Source of the DNA: Candidatus Paracaedimonas acanthamoebae
GTDB taxonomy: Bacteria; Pseudomonadota; Alphaproteobacteria; Caedimonadales; Caedimonadaceae
Reading direction: 5' to 3'
Assembly (NCBI GenBank): GCA_000743035.1
Contig: CP008938.1
Coordinates: forward strand, 39,043-71,042
DNA: 32,000 nt
Shown: piece by piece, positions 31,875 to 32,000 of the stretch
Position numbering within the stretch: position 1 is the first letter of the stretch
How the letters are laid out: each line of letters opens with the position of its first letter
Position numbers and translations under genes: made by a program
The notes under the pieces: model-generated
Database searches by the model: none
What the model saw: the letters and a program-made list of their open reading frames with translations, nothing else
Told to the model about the DNA's origin: nothing

Positions 31875-31987
31875 TTGTCAAGATAGAGTCTAAGAGGTTG
31901 GCAAGCATTTGTCAATAAATTCTTAACCCTACTTATTTCTGACAGGGTTACGACCCTCTCCCTGACATCAGGTTAGAGTATACTCTA
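31875..31987. promoter_or_regulatory. Putative res/recombination-site region upstream of the serine recombinase
   Basis: Several TGTCA/TGACA half-sites in dyad arrangement: TTGTCAA-N16-TTGGCAA (31875-31904) and TGTCA-N25-TGACA (31910-31944). Also the palindromes CCTGAcaTCAGG (31961-31972) and TAGAGTATACTCTA (31974-31987). Confidence 0.4.
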
Positions 31988-32000
31988 TATGGACATAAAA

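Noticed and set aside
1-32000. Assignment of the element to a specific taxon (Legionellales, Rickettsiales or Chlamydiae-like symbionts were considered), and searches for tRNA, rRNA or CRISPR features.
   Set aside because: Composition and gene content are compatible with several AT-rich host-associated lineages, and I cannot discriminate among them without database searches. I saw no convincing tRNA cloverleaf, rRNA or CRISPR repeat-spacer structure.

Overview
AT-rich (roughly mid-30s % GC by eye) 32-kb segment of a conjugative plasmid or integrative conjugative element from a low-GC Gram-negative, probably host-associated bacterium. The taxon cannot be assigned from the sequence alone.

Left third, DNA-transfer module:
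- a type IV coupling protein (TraD-like) whose frame runs off the 5' window edge;
- a 2402-aa MobA/MobL relaxase + RecD-like helicase + Toprim primase fusion (TraA-like);
- an RSF1010-like oriT in the divergent traA/traC-like intergenic region;
- a translationally coupled operon: TraC(Ti)-like, TraD(Ti)-like, an orphan ORF and a WGR-domain protein.

Middle: a ProQ/FinO RNA chaperone, an Rpn/YhgA-like nuclease and umuDC.

Right half, accessory region:
- eight ORFs with Sec-type N-termini, including a Sel1-repeat protein, two coiled-coil proteins, a patatin-like phospholipase, a trypsin-like protease and orphans;
- a 1141-aa LuxR-HTH / hydrophobic segment / NB-ARC / TPR STAND protein;
- mobile DNA: an IS110-family element, an IS3-family element next to an older IS3 remnant, a MITE-like element and a serine recombinase with a res-like region.

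Most interesting observations:
1. The STAND-LuxR gene is flanked on both sides by genes that carry the same 177-bp leader module. The module contains paired TAAGTA-N5-TACTTA palindromes. This is a candidate, undescribed STAND-gated regulon of secreted effectors that includes a coiled-coil/patatin operon.
2. The IS110 5' non-coding region contains sequences identical to its own right end and to the insertion junction, which is compatible with a bridge RNA.
3. The relaxase has a polyvalent architecture with about 1000 aa of unassigned sequence.
4. A gene cassette is bracketed by a diverged 157-bp duplication of the traA 3' end. It carries a split, signal-peptide-bearing PD-(D/E)xK-like gene with an in-frame A_AAG_GGG slippery site.
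5. The UmuD homologue has Arg at the catalytic Lys position.

All homology calls are motif recognition by eye. No database search was run.
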